A DNA stretch of 64,000 nt, taken from positions 20,587 through 84,586 of the forward strand of contig JAHDQN010000040.1 of the NCBI GenBank assembly GCA_018433775.1, written 5' to 3'. The notes beneath the pieces are model-generated. The model saw only the letters and a program-made list of their open reading frames with translations, was not told the origin of the DNA and did no database searches. Of this stretch, positions 38,430-48,334 are shown one piece after another. Both the position numbers and the translations under genes were made by a program. How positions within the stretch are numbered: the stretch's first letter is position 1; each line of letters opens with the position of its first letter. This stretch comes from Deltaproteobacteria bacterium (lineage in GTDB: Bacteria; Desulfobacterota; Desulfomonilia; UBA1062).

Positions 38430-40073
38430 TCACTCGCCCGTTGTCCTGAACTTCTTCACGTCGCTTGAGAGTACCGAGGCATCCGCCCTGAGACTGTCAA
38501 GGGTGCAGGCAAGCTCTTCAACGGTGGTGGCGTTGTTCTGTGTGAATGAGTCTATCTGGCTGACGGCTATGGAGAGCTCCTTCATGTTCTGGCTCTGCTC
38601 CATGCTTGCCGTGGTAATCTCTTCCATCATCTTGAAAAAGAAATCGAAGCGCGACATGAGCTCTTCGAGGGACTCGGCCGTCTTTTTCATGAATTCGTCA
38701 CCGGTCTTGATACGGCCCACGGTTCCGTCGATGAGATTCCGGATCTCCCTGGCCGCATCGCCCGAGCGCTGGGCAAGGGCACGGACCTCACCTGCCACCA
38801 CCGCGAATCCTTTCCCGTGCTCGCCTGCCCGGGCGGCCTCCACCGATGCATTGAGGGCCAGGAGGTTTGTCTGGAAGGCCACTTCGTTGACCGTCACCAC
38901 GATATCCCCGATCTTCCGGGAATCCTGGGAAATTTCCCGGGTGGCATCCATCAGCCGGGAGAAGACCTCCCTGTTCTTGTCGATGAGCCCGGTGATGATC
39001 TGGGAGGTTTCCCTCCCCCCCTTCACCACCTGGGTGTTGTGCTGAATCGATCCGTTCATTTCTTCTATCGATGCGGATATCTCCTCAATGGACGCCGACT
39101 GTTCCTGAGTCGCCTGTGACAGGCCCTGTGAGCCCGAGCTCACCTGCTCGATGGAGCCATGGAGTTGTAAAGAGATGTGCCTCACATGCCGTATGATCTC
39201 TTCCAGGTCGTTCATGAACTCGTTGAACCAGTGGGCAAGCTGGCCCACCTCATCGATGCCCCTCACCTCCAGCCGTCTTGTGAGATCGCCCTTGCCTCCC
39301 GCCATGTCCTTGAGCATGCGGGACATGCCGCCAACGGAGGCGGTGATCCCCTTCATGAGAAGATATCCGTTGAGGAAGGTCATGATGACGGTCTGGAGGA
39401 CTATGAGAGGAAAGCTCATCTGGATAGTGGAAAGCGGCATGCCGGCGAATATGGAGAGATAGATGGTGCCGATCAGATCGCCGATTGGAGGGATTGCGAT
39501 GAGAAGAATGATGGCGAAGAGCTTCTGGTTGAGGCTGATTCTCAGATAACCCGTGCCATCTGCGAGGATTCCCTTCCTGCTGCACTCCCGGTAAAAGGGG
39601 GCGAGGCTGTTCTCGGCCACCAGGTAATAGAGCGCCATTCCTGACAATCCGGTCATACCCAGGATATTGCCCCCGAATATGAGCAAATCGAACGGCAGGT
39701 AATCTTTCATGTAAAGGGGCATCACCACGGACAGCCATGCAATCCCGGCCCACCTGATGAATATCAGGACAGCCTCTGCAAAGGGGAGGATCGAAGCACA
39801 GCGCAGGGCATACCTCGCCTCCCGCTCGTCAAGTCCTCCGTCCTCCATCACCCTGACGGCAGGACTCACCAGATGATATTTGACCGCCGCTCCGATAGCC
39901 ACCGAGATCACGGTCTGCAGGAATACCAGGGTGATGCCTTCGAGAAAATGTTCCCTGAACCCTTGAGATATGGGAAGAAAAAACATGATGACCGTCGGCA
40001 CCAGCACGAGATACGTGATTCCCTCCTGGAGCAGGAACGGGCGCAGGGAAAAGACCTTTGTGTACTCCTTCAT
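38430..40073 (-). CDS. Methyl-accepting chemotaxis protein with multi-pass membrane N-terminal region and HAMP domain
   Basis: The signalling domain is EVAFQTNLLALNASVEAARAGEHGKGFAVVAGEVRALAQRS. The N-terminal roughly 250 aa are hydrophobic. The ATG at 40073 is preferred to the TTG at 40079. Confidence 0.9.
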   Translation of the reverse strand: MKEYTKVFSLRPFLLQEGITYLVLVPTVIMFFLPISQGFREHFLEGITLVFLQTVISVAIGAAVKYHLVSPAVRVMEDGGLDEREARYALRCASILPFAEAVLIFIRWAGIAWLSVVMPLYMKDYLPFDLLIFGGNILGMTGLSGMALYYLVAENSLAPFYRECSRKGILADGTGYLRISLNQKLFAIILLIAIPPIGDLIGTIYLSIFAGMPLSTIQMSFPLIVLQTVIMTFLNGYLLMKGITASVGGMSRMLKDMAGGKGDLTRRLEVRGIDEVGQLAHWFNEFMNDLEEIIRHVRHISLQLHGSIEQVSSGSQGLSQATQEQSASIEEISASIEEMNGSIQHNTQVVKGGRETSQIITGLIDKNREVFSRLMDATREISQDSRKIGDIVVTVNEVAFQTNLLALNASVEAARAGEHGKGFAVVAGEVRALAQRSGDAAREIRNLIDGTVGRIKTGDEFMKKTAESLEELMSRFDFFFKMMEEITTASMEQSQNMKELSIAVSQIDSFTQNNATTVEELACTLDSLRADASVLSSDVKKFRTTGE

Positions 40074-40766
40074 GAGCAACCTTCCTTTCCCGATAAAAGG
40101 CTTTTATGTCATATTGTATGTTTATATTATTCATTCATTCTTCCTGGGTATATCGGCGACACAGTGCTGTAAATTTAATCGCATACCTGCCGGCATTGCA
40201 AAGGTTTACGACCGGTAACTTTTAGGGAGTAAGAAAAGAAGGAACCCTGCCCTGGAAGACAGGAAAAGAAACCGGATGTTCGGAAAAGCCGACTCCTTAA
40301 AAACCACCAAACCGAAAGATTCACAAGAATGAACACCATCCGCCCTCAACGGGAAATCAGTGCACGGGGAGGTTCGTGTATGTATGATTTCTTATAGAGA
40401 TATGAATTCTGTATCTCGCGATCTCAGGTTGAGATAGCCAGTTGATATATGCAATGTAGGCTAAGCCTTGTTATCCTCACACGATATATGAACTCTTCAA
40501 AAGACCTGTTTAATGGGAAAGGCTCTCTGCGGTGCCAGGAGAAATGATTGGGACTAATAGTGTAGTTGTAAAATCACCGACGATCCAAGTTTACCTATCC
40601 TCTGTTCGAGCTATACTGATCATTCACTTTTTTTAGGCAAGGGGCGTAATAATTATATTGATGATGGCTACCGATACTATCGGCAGATGACGCTTCGGCG
40701 TGTCACGATTCATTCCAGGCGTTAATTGCCTGGGTAAAGGCAACGTCCAGAGGAGGAGTAGCGATC

Positions 40767-42077
40767 ATGAGGCACCTTCGTATATCCATCATGGGTCTTG
40801 CAGTGTGCGTAGCGGTCATGTTCACGTGCGGATGCAGCGCGGTGCGGTATACCACCACCATGAAGCCTTCCTGCGACAAGGACCTGCAGTACGGCCCGGT
40901 CCGCCTCAACGTGTCGAGCTTCACCTACGAGATGCCTGGTGTTCAGCCCCAGCCGCCGGACATCGACCGGAAGGCGAAAGAGCTCTTCCCGAGCGTGTTC
41001 ACGGACGACCTCGCAGGACTGCCTGTCCACATCGACATCAAGAAAACGTACGACGACACGTCCATGGGCGTCACGAGGCTCCTCTCGCTTACCTTCACGC
41101 TTGGGGTGATCCTGATACCGGGCACCCAGGAGTACGGGTTCATTGTCCGTACGAGCGTGCTGGACTCCCTGGGCGAGCCCCTGGTCGAGAAAGAGGGGAA
41201 GTTCGGAATCGACACGGTGTCATGGGGCAGCTACTGGCCCTGGGGCCTCCTGCCGGTGATCGGGCCCTCCGACCTTCCGAGGGCATCCCTTTTCAGCGGG
41301 AGCAACTTCGCGTCCGGCACGATAGAGTCTCAGACCAAGATCAACGACCACGCCGCCGCGTGCATCGCCGAGATCGCGGCCCGGTCGCTCCAGTCGGCAG
41401 ATCAGGCCAGGCTCGAAGCAGCCTACCGTGAACGGCAGTCCCGCGTGCAGGAGGTCACCATCGACGGCCGGAAGTGCACAAGTTTCCTCACCATGAACCC
41501 GGTGTCCAGGCCGAAGGTTGGCAGCGTCTTCAAGGCGCTCGTGTACGATGGCGAACCGAAGCAGTGGACAAAACCGCTGCATACCGCGGTCGTGGCCCGA
41601 TACGACGAGTCCGGCCGCTGGCGGCCCGTGAAAACCTACCTGCGCCATGCCCGCACGCTCACCTCGGTGAGCGCCCTGATCGAGAACAATATCCCGGTCA
41701 AAGTGGCGGTGCGCACGCCCGAAGCGCCTCCCCTGGAGGACTTCATCGACACCCCGGACCTCTCGGGTGCCGACCGTGCCGAGGTCTTGCGCTGGAGCAA
41801 CTCCATGCTGCTCGATGCCAAGAACCGGTCCCTGGAGAGGCTGCTGCAAGAGGAGAGCAGGGAAACGCTGCTCGCGCTCGCGACCCGTATCGAGCGCTCC
41901 ATCCTGGACCTGAACGAGCAGGCGGAGCGAGCCAAGGACAAGGCCCAGGCCATGGTGGAAAAGGGAGAGGGCGACCCTGCCCCCGAGAGAGAGCTGTCGG
42001 TCCTGTGCCGCCAGCGCATCGAGGTGCTCAAGCCCGTGCTCGCAGCCGTCAAGGTTGCTGCAGCGGGAAAGCAGTAA
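40767..42077 (+). CDS. Putative lipoprotein of unknown function (paralog A)
   Basis: 436 aa. The signal peptide with cysteines is MGLAVCVAVMFTCGCS, behind an AGAGGAGGAG RBS. It is homologous over its full length to 42177-43511. The conserved C-terminal block is PPLEDFIDxPDLSGxDRAxxLRWSN...RELSVLCRQRIE. Confidence 0.7.
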   Translation: MRHLRISIMGLAVCVAVMFTCGCSAVRYTTTMKPSCDKDLQYGPVRLNVSSFTYEMPGVQPQPPDIDRKAKELFPSVFTDDLAGLPVHIDIKKTYDDTSMGVTRLLSLTFTLGVILIPGTQEYGFIVRTSVLDSLGEPLVEKEGKFGIDTVSWGSYWPWGLLPVIGPSDLPRASLFSGSNFASGTIESQTKINDHAAACIAEIAARSLQSADQARLEAAYRERQSRVQEVTIDGRKCTSFLTMNPVSRPKVGSVFKALVYDGEPKQWTKPLHTAVVARYDESGRWRPVKTYLRHARTLTSVSALIENNIPVKVAVRTPEAPPLEDFIDTPDLSGADRAEVLRWSNSMLLDAKNRSLERLLQEESRETLLALATRIERSILDLNEQAERAKDKAQAMVEKGEGDPAPERELSVLCRQRIEVLKPVLAAVKVAAAGKQ

Positions 42078-42176
42078 CAGAGGATCAGGGGGAGCCGGCG
42101 CTTGGGCGCACCAGGCTCAGGTATCAAAAAAGGGATGCCGACATGAACAGTATTCAATGAACAGGGAGGAGCGGCA

Positions 42177-43511
42177 ATGAGAGCATACCGGGCGATGTTG
42201 ATATCGGGCACGATGATCCTGCTGGCCATGCTTCTGACCGGCTGCGCATCGATGCGCATAGCGAGCGCCCTGAAACCCTCGGGCGAAACGGGCCTCGCCC
42301 TCGGCAAGGCGCGCTTCAGCCTCATCGATTACACCGGCACGTACGACAAGGACAATCCGGCCGCGAAGTCCTGGATGGACACGATCACCCGCGATTTCCT
42401 GGCACAGCGGGCCAAAGCCCTTTATCCGGAGATCTTTACGGACGAATGGACGGCGTTGCCGGTCATGGTCAAGGCCGAAAGCACGCTCCACCACAACACA
42501 ATGATACCCGCATTCCTGACAATCCTGACCGCAGGTGTAGTCCCCGTTCCCCAGAAGGCGTCCTTGAACCTGACCGTGTCCTCGGATGCGCGGGACGCGC
42601 TGGGCGAAAGCCTGATCGCCAGGGACAGGAAATTCGAGGTCGAGCAGGTCGCGTGGGTGAGCCTCGTCGGTCCGCTGGGCTGCTTCCCGGTCCCAGGACA
42701 GGCCGACCTGGAGCGGGACAGCGTCTTTCTCTTCATCCCGCTGAGCAAGGATGCCTATTCCAGGACCAAGCTCCCGACGTATGTCGCGGACTGCATCGTC
42801 GAATCCGTGGTCAGGGACCTCCGCGAGGCGGACCCCGGCCTCGTCGACTCCGCCTACAAGGCCCGCGCATCGCGCCTCCAGGAGGTCGCCGTCGACGGCC
42901 GCGCCTTCTGGGTCTTCCTCGCGCCGTCGCTCTCGCAGGAAACCGGGAAACCGGTCGCCTTCACGGCCTTGTTCTACGGTGAGCAGCCGAGGCGCGGGAT
43001 GGTGCCCTATGAACAGGTTGTCGTGGCACGCCGCGACGGCAGCGGCACCTGGGTCCCGGAGACCGGATACCTGCGCCGGGCGAAGAGCCTGACCGCCGTC
43101 GGCGTCCTCATGGACAAGGGCATCCCGGCGAAGGTTGCGGTGCGGGTTGTTAACGAGCCTCCCCTGGAGGACTTCATCGATCTCCCTGACCTCTCCGGCC
43201 CGGATCGAGCCGACAGATTGCGCTGGAGCAACGGCGTTCTGCTCGAAGCCAAGAACAGGTCGCTCACGAAGACGCTGAAGGAAAAAACCGGCGACGAGCT
43301 GCTGACCCTGGTGACCCGCATCGAGAAGGCAATCCTCGATCTGAGCGGTCTGGCCGAACGCGCCAAGGACAACGCCCAGTCGATCGTGGAAAAGGGCCAG
43401 GGCGACCCGGGACCGGACCGTGAGCTCTCCGTCCTGTGCCGCCAGCGGATCGAGATCTTCAAGCCCATCCTGGCCGCAGCCAAGCAGGAAGCGGTGCTTA
43501 CAAGACCATAG
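42177..43511 (+). CDS. Putative lipoprotein of unknown function (paralog B)
   Basis: 444 aa. It has a classical lipobox (LLAMLLTGCAS) and a GGGAGGAG RBS. It is a paralog of 40767-42077, and the two genes share an identical 23-mer, cctcccctggaggacttcatcga. Confidence 0.72.
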   Translation: MRAYRAMLISGTMILLAMLLTGCASMRIASALKPSGETGLALGKARFSLIDYTGTYDKDNPAAKSWMDTITRDFLAQRAKALYPEIFTDEWTALPVMVKAESTLHHNTMIPAFLTILTAGVVPVPQKASLNLTVSSDARDALGESLIARDRKFEVEQVAWVSLVGPLGCFPVPGQADLERDSVFLFIPLSKDAYSRTKLPTYVADCIVESVVRDLREADPGLVDSAYKARASRLQEVAVDGRAFWVFLAPSLSQETGKPVAFTALFYGEQPRRGMVPYEQVVVARRDGSGTWVPETGYLRRAKSLTAVGVLMDKGIPAKVAVRVVNEPPLEDFIDLPDLSGPDRADRLRWSNGVLLEAKNRSLTKTLKEKTGDELLTLVTRIEKAILDLSGLAERAKDNAQSIVEKGQGDPGPDRELSVLCRQRIEIFKPILAAAKQEAVLTRP

Positions 43512-43632
43512 GAGGATACCGGGAGAGACTGCACGCCAACCCTCTCCGGGCGGGGCGCGTGATCCGGAATCCGCTTCCCGGTCCTCGAGAGGCCTTATCC
43601 GAACCGCCGCACCGCCGTTTCCTGGATAGGCC

Positions 43633-46422
43633 TCACAGCGCCCCGGCAATGCGCTTAAGGGCCGCCGGGACATCCTCGTCCAGGATGTGGAGGCGCAGCA
43701 CCCTCCTTCCCTTTTCCTTCAGCGCGTTCCAGTCGCCCAGGGCCTGGGCGCTCTCCAATGTTCCGAACGAGATGGACGATTGCCATGACCCGGGCTCGTC
43801 AGGAATCGCGAGATCATCCGAAACCTGCCGGGTGATCTGGACGAAGAGCCCCCTGCCCTCGTCGCCCTTGTGGAGCTGGCCCGTGGAGTGGAGGTAACGG
43901 GGCCCGTACCCGCTCATGACCGCGATCCTGCGGGTGTCCCTGATCTTCGTGCGGAACCCGTCGAGGGCTTCGCCGATCTCATCCGTTGGCGGCAGATACG
44001 CCTGTATCGCTACGTATGAGGCATCGCCAGCATCTTTCAGAAATGATGCCAGGGCATCGGGCAGGGTTCCTGCCCGCACGTCGCCGTACACGCTGATGTG
44101 CTGGTCCTTCAGCGCCGGGGCGTGCCCGGGGAGCGAACCGGTCTTCCGGAACAGCTCCACCGCCTCTGTCGCTCGTTTCTTCGCGGCCTCCACGTCGGGC
44201 TGATCAAAGGGGTTGACGCCGAGAATGTGCCCTGCCACGGCAGTGGCTGTCTCCCAGAGGTAGAACTGCCCGCCGATATCGCACAGATCGTGGAGCCCGA
44301 TGCGCACCACGGGGTGCCCGGCCTTTTCGAGCCCGTCCAGGATCTTGTCGTGGGTGTGATCGCCTTCAAGCCGCAGGCTCACGAAGAGCCGGTCGTCCCG
44401 GTACTGCCCGGGCGATCCCGGGCGTTCGCGCACGATGGGGACGATGCCCTTGCCCTGCTTGCCCGTGCTCTCGGCAATGAGCTGCTCCACCCAGTCTCCG
44501 AACGAGGCGATCCCGGGCGACAGGAAAAAGGTCGCCTTGTTCCTGCCCGCCAGGGCCGCCTCACCGAGGATCGCGCCGAGGACGCCCCCGGAGTTTGCGC
44601 CCTTCGGGGTGCAGGTTCCGGCCTGGCAGTTCTCGGTCATGACCAGGGCCCTGTCCAGGAGCGACTTGACGTCCACTCCCATGAGCGCCGCAGGCACGAG
44701 CCCGAAATGGGAGAGGGCCGAGTATCTGCCGCCCAGATCGGGTTCGTTGAGGAAGATGTTCCTGAAATTGTACTTCCGGGCCGTTTCCATCAGGGGGGAG
44801 CCCGGATCCGTGATCGCGACGAAGTGCTCCCCGGCATTGTCCGCGCCCAGGGCGTCGGCGGTCACGGTGAAGAAGTATCTGAACAGCGAGAGCGTCTCCA
44901 CCGTGGTGCCCGATTTGGTCGATACGATGAACAGGGTCGTGGCCGGGTCGACCTTCTGGAATTCGGCGGCAAGAAAGTCGGGGTCGGTGCTGTCGATGAC
45001 GTTAAGGTCGAGATATCCCTCGCGCACGCCGAAGATCGACCGCATCACGTCGGGGGCCAGCGATGACCCGCCCATGCCCAGAAGGATCGCGCGGGTGTAT
45101 CCCTTCGATGCCATGTCCCGCGCGAACTGCTCCATCCCGTCCGCGTGATCGAGAATGTCTGCTGGCAGGGAGAGCCAGGCCAGCCGGTTGGTGATTTCCC
45201 CGGGGCTCTCGCTCCACACCGTGTGGTCGTGCGCGTAGATCCGGGACATGACCCCGGCCTTGTCCATCTCCTGAAGGCGGGTATCCACCCTGGCCTGAAG
45301 GTCTCCCAGGGCGGCTGTCATCTGATGCCACCCGGAGATGATGGCCCGCCTCTTGGCCGCGATGCTGTCCATGAGCGAACGGAACGACCCCGCGAACAGA
45401 TCAACGCCGTCTTTCTGCAGCTTGGAGGTCACGGCTTCGAGGTCGATGCCCGCCTGTGCGAGCCGCTCGATCTGCGCGAGGGCCTCCTCAATTCCCGTGC
45501 CCAGCGTGCTCTCCGTCTTTCCGTGGTCGAGAAAGGCCTGGAGCGTGGCTGGTGGAAGGGTGTTGACCGTGTGGGGGCCGATGAGCTCGTCCACGTAGAG
45601 CGTGTCCGGATATTTCGGGTTCTTGGTCCCGGTGCTCGCCCACAGCAGCCTCTGGGGACGCGCTCCCTGCTGCTCGAGCGCCTGCCACCGATCACCGGAG
45701 AAGATCCCGCCGAAAAGCCCGTAGGCAACCTTGGCGTTGGCCACCGCGATCTTCCCCGTGAGGTCGCTCAGGGAATGTCTTTCGAGCTCGGGATCGAGCG
45801 AGGTGTCAACCCTGCTCACGAAAAACGAGGCCACCGAGGCCACGCGGGCGAGGTCACCGCCCGAGGCAAGATATTTTTCCAGGCCGCGCAGGTAGGCGTG
45901 AGCCACCTCCTCGTAGCGCCCCACGGAAAAGAGCAGGGTCACGTTGACGTTGATGCCTTCGGCGATCAGGGTTTCGATCGCAGGCACCCCTTCTGCGGTG
46001 GCAGGGACCTTGATCATGATATTCGGACGCCCCAGGGCCGCAAAGAGCCGCCTGGCTTCGTGGACGGTCTGTTCGGTGTCGTAGGCCAGCACCGGGCTCA
46101 CCTCGATGCTCACATACCCGTCCAGACCCTTTGTGTCGTCATAGACCTTCCGGAACAGGTCCGCTGTCCGGGCGATGTCGTCGAGCGCGAGGTGCTCGTA
46201 GATCTCCTCGATCGACAGGCCGTCCCGCACCAGGGCCGTGAGATAGTCATCGTAATCCGAGCTGCCCGCTATGGCCTTTTCGAAGATCGTGGGGTTTGAC
46301 GTGACTCCGCGGATGCCCTGATCGATGAGTGACTGAAGCTCGCCCGAGGTGATCAGCGACCTGCGGATGTAGTCGAACCATATCGCCTGCCCTATGTGGG
46401 CCAATGTATGGAGTTTCGCCAT
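43633..46422 (-). CDS. Bifunctional transaldolase / glucose-6-phosphate isomerase
   Basis: 929 aa. The N-terminal transaldolase shows IWFDYIRRSL...GVTSNPTIFEKAI. The C-terminal PGI shows ILLGMGGSSLAPDV and STKSGTTVET. Confidence 0.88.
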   Translation of the reverse strand: MAKLHTLAHIGQAIWFDYIRRSLITSGELQSLIDQGIRGVTSNPTIFEKAIAGSSDYDDYLTALVRDGLSIEEIYEHLALDDIARTADLFRKVYDDTKGLDGYVSIEVSPVLAYDTEQTVHEARRLFAALGRPNIMIKVPATAEGVPAIETLIAEGINVNVTLLFSVGRYEEVAHAYLRGLEKYLASGGDLARVASVASFFVSRVDTSLDPELERHSLSDLTGKIAVANAKVAYGLFGGIFSGDRWQALEQQGARPQRLLWASTGTKNPKYPDTLYVDELIGPHTVNTLPPATLQAFLDHGKTESTLGTGIEEALAQIERLAQAGIDLEAVTSKLQKDGVDLFAGSFRSLMDSIAAKRRAIISGWHQMTAALGDLQARVDTRLQEMDKAGVMSRIYAHDHTVWSESPGEITNRLAWLSLPADILDHADGMEQFARDMASKGYTRAILLGMGGSSLAPDVMRSIFGVREGYLDLNVIDSTDPDFLAAEFQKVDPATTLFIVSTKSGTTVETLSLFRYFFTVTADALGADNAGEHFVAITDPGSPLMETARKYNFRNIFLNEPDLGGRYSALSHFGLVPAALMGVDVKSLLDRALVMTENCQAGTCTPKGANSGGVLGAILGEAALAGRNKATFFLSPGIASFGDWVEQLIAESTGKQGKGIVPIVRERPGSPGQYRDDRLFVSLRLEGDHTHDKILDGLEKAGHPVVRIGLHDLCDIGGQFYLWETATAVAGHILGVNPFDQPDVEAAKKRATEAVELFRKTGSLPGHAPALKDQHISVYGDVRAGTLPDALASFLKDAGDASYVAIQAYLPPTDEIGEALDGFRTKIRDTRRIAVMSGYGPRYLHSTGQLHKGDEGRGLFVQITRQVSDDLAIPDEPGSWQSSISFGTLESAQALGDWNALKEKGRRVLRLHILDEDVPAALKRIAGAL

Positions 46423-46571
46423 GTCTTGCGCTCCTTCACAGGTATTGGAAAGTTACTGACCGGTCACCTACCATACAGGAATCAGGGATGAAATCTCAAG
46501 CACCTTTCTCCGCTCAGGAAAATTCTCCGGCGTTTCGCTTTCCGGGCCGTTCTCCCGGGGCTCTCGCTGAC

Positions 46572-47576
46572 TCAAGGCAGGGTGTCCATGATATCCAGCC
46601 CGAAATGGGCTGCCCCTATGAGACCGGCCTTGGGATTGAGAATGACATGGACCGGAAAGGCGGAGATGACTCCCGCGAGCCTGCCCTTGCGGCGATATGC
46701 CTCCATGAACGGGCTCTGCCCGATGATGGACACGAGTCTGGGAGGTATGCCTCCCCCCACGTACACCCCACCGGAGGCGAGGATCTTGAGCGCCAGGTTG
46801 CCGGTCTCCGCCCCGAGAATGGAGAGGAAGACGCGCACCGTCTCCTGACAGATTTCGCAGGTCGTATCCCGATCCAGGGCTGCGTTCACGATGACGGCGG
46901 TGGCATCGGGCTCCCGGACCAGGCTTTCCGCGAGCCAGGCAGGCTCTTCATGCCTGCCCTGGTCCTTCAGGAACGAGTAGATGTTGGGAATGCCGCTGCC
47001 CGAGCATATCCGCTCGTAGCTGACATGCTCGAAGCGGTCCATGAGGTATTTCAGCAGCTCGAGCTCGATGGCGTCCGCGGGGCCGAACTCGGTGTGCCCG
47101 CCCTCGGATGCGTGGGCGAGATAGCGGTCGCCGTCCCAGGTGAGGTATGCCTCGCCCAGGCCGGTCCCGGCCGCGATGACCGCGCGCGGACCCGTGGGGA
47201 TCGGCCTGCCCGCGTTCAGGGTGAGCAGGTCCTCGCCCCTGAGCAGGGGAATGCTGTAGGCAACAGCCTGGAGATCGTTGATCAGGCGCACCCTGTCTAT
47301 ATTCAGCTCGGTCTGGAGATACCCGGCATCGATCTCCCACGGCAGGTTCGTGATCTGAGCGCGTTTTCCCACCACGGGGCCCGCCACGCCGAAGACCGCG
47401 TGATCGACCCCCGTGATATGATGCCGGGTCGAGAACTCCTTGATTATGGCCCTCAGCGAGCTATAAGACCCGCTGGGATAAATGCCCTCGTACAGGGGCC
47501 TTTCGGGACCGCTCTGCGGGGTGTACAGAGCGAGTATGGTCTTGGTCCCTCCGATATCACCTGCAATCAATTTCAT
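46572..47576 (-). CDS. glk: Glucokinase
   Basis: 334 aa: MKLIAGDIGGTKTILALY... and GGVYVGGGIPPR, typical of the Glk family. Confidence 0.85.
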   Translation of the reverse strand: MKLIAGDIGGTKTILALYTPQSGPERPLYEGIYPSGSYSSLRAIIKEFSTRHHITGVDHAVFGVAGPVVGKRAQITNLPWEIDAGYLQTELNIDRVRLINDLQAVAYSIPLLRGEDLLTLNAGRPIPTGPRAVIAAGTGLGEAYLTWDGDRYLAHASEGGHTEFGPADAIELELLKYLMDRFEHVSYERICSGSGIPNIYSFLKDQGRHEEPAWLAESLVREPDATAVIVNAALDRDTTCEICQETVRVFLSILGAETGNLALKILASGGVYVGGGIPPRLVSIIGQSPFMEAYRRKGRLAGVISAFPVHVILNPKAGLIGAAHFGLDIMDTLP

Positions 47577-47796
47577 GGCGTGCTCCGTTTCCTTGGTTTA
47601 TTATATATTATCCGTCATGGCGCTCTCGATGGCAACATGATGAATGGGGTGCTCATACCCTGTTCACCCGTTTCCTTCGAGAAGGGTGCCGAGTTCCCCG
47701 TTTTTCAGACGCCGCCCTTTTTGCAGCACCCGGGAAAGGGCGGGGAATGCCCTCCCCTGCCATCGGCCATTTTCCATCTCGAAGCTGCCTGGGGGA

Positions 47797-48222
47797 TCAC
47801 CCCGGAAAACTCAGCCTGACAAGCTTCTGCGTCTCGAAAATATTTTTCACCTTGTTGACGTAATCTCTTTCCCTGATGGGCTTGCGGATGTATGCGTCCG
47901 CGAGCCTCCCCTCGAAGAGTTCCTCGATGTCTCTGATTTTTGCGCTTCCCGAGCAGATGAGCACCTTGATGTGAGGATATTTGAATTTGACATAGTGGAT
48001 GAACACGATTCCGTCCATGCCGGGGCGGCTGATGTTGGTGGAGATGATATCGATGTCGCCGTGCCTCTCTTCGATCAACTGCAGGGCCGTGTCACTGGAG
48101 GGGGCGGTGAGGATGTCCAGATCATACTCCTCGAAGTTGTTTTCGATGACCGCCCTGATGAATGACCTGACCACCCGTTTGTCATCCACGACCAGGACGA
48201 TCTTTTTTCTCTTCACGCTCAT
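47797..48222 (-). CDS. Stand-alone CheY-like receiver domain protein with Asn at the phospho-acceptor position
   Basis: 141 aa. It has KIVLVVDD (acidic pair), IDIISTNISRPGMDG (canonical DxxxPxMDG with D replaced by N), LICSGS and YIRKP. Confidence 0.8.
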   Translation of the reverse strand: MSVKRKKIVLVVDDKRVVRSFIRAVIENNFEEYDLDILTAPSSDTALQLIEERHGDIDIISTNISRPGMDGIVFIHYVKFKYPHIKVLICSGSAKIRDIEELFEGRLADAYIRKPIRERDYVNKVKNIFETQKLVRLSFPG

Positions 48223-48334
48223 GTGGTGGTGTCCCTTACGAAACTCAGTATACGTGTCTCAGGACAATTTACAAAGAATGCTTCACTCCGGGACGGTATT
48301 GTCCTATACATGAGTGAAGAGGAAATGAAGAATC

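Noticed and set aside
42117-43673. 518-aa minus-strand ORF
   Set aside because: It is antisense to lipoprotein paralog B. The plus frame has an RBS, a lipobox and full-length homology to paralog A.
48261-48305. Hairpin AGGACAAT-N29-ATTGTCCT upstream of queH as a possible preQ1 riboswitch
   Set aside because: The sequence does not resemble preQ1-I/II/III consensus features I know: there is no compact pseudoknot with an A-rich tail. It is more likely an incidental or promoter-region structure.
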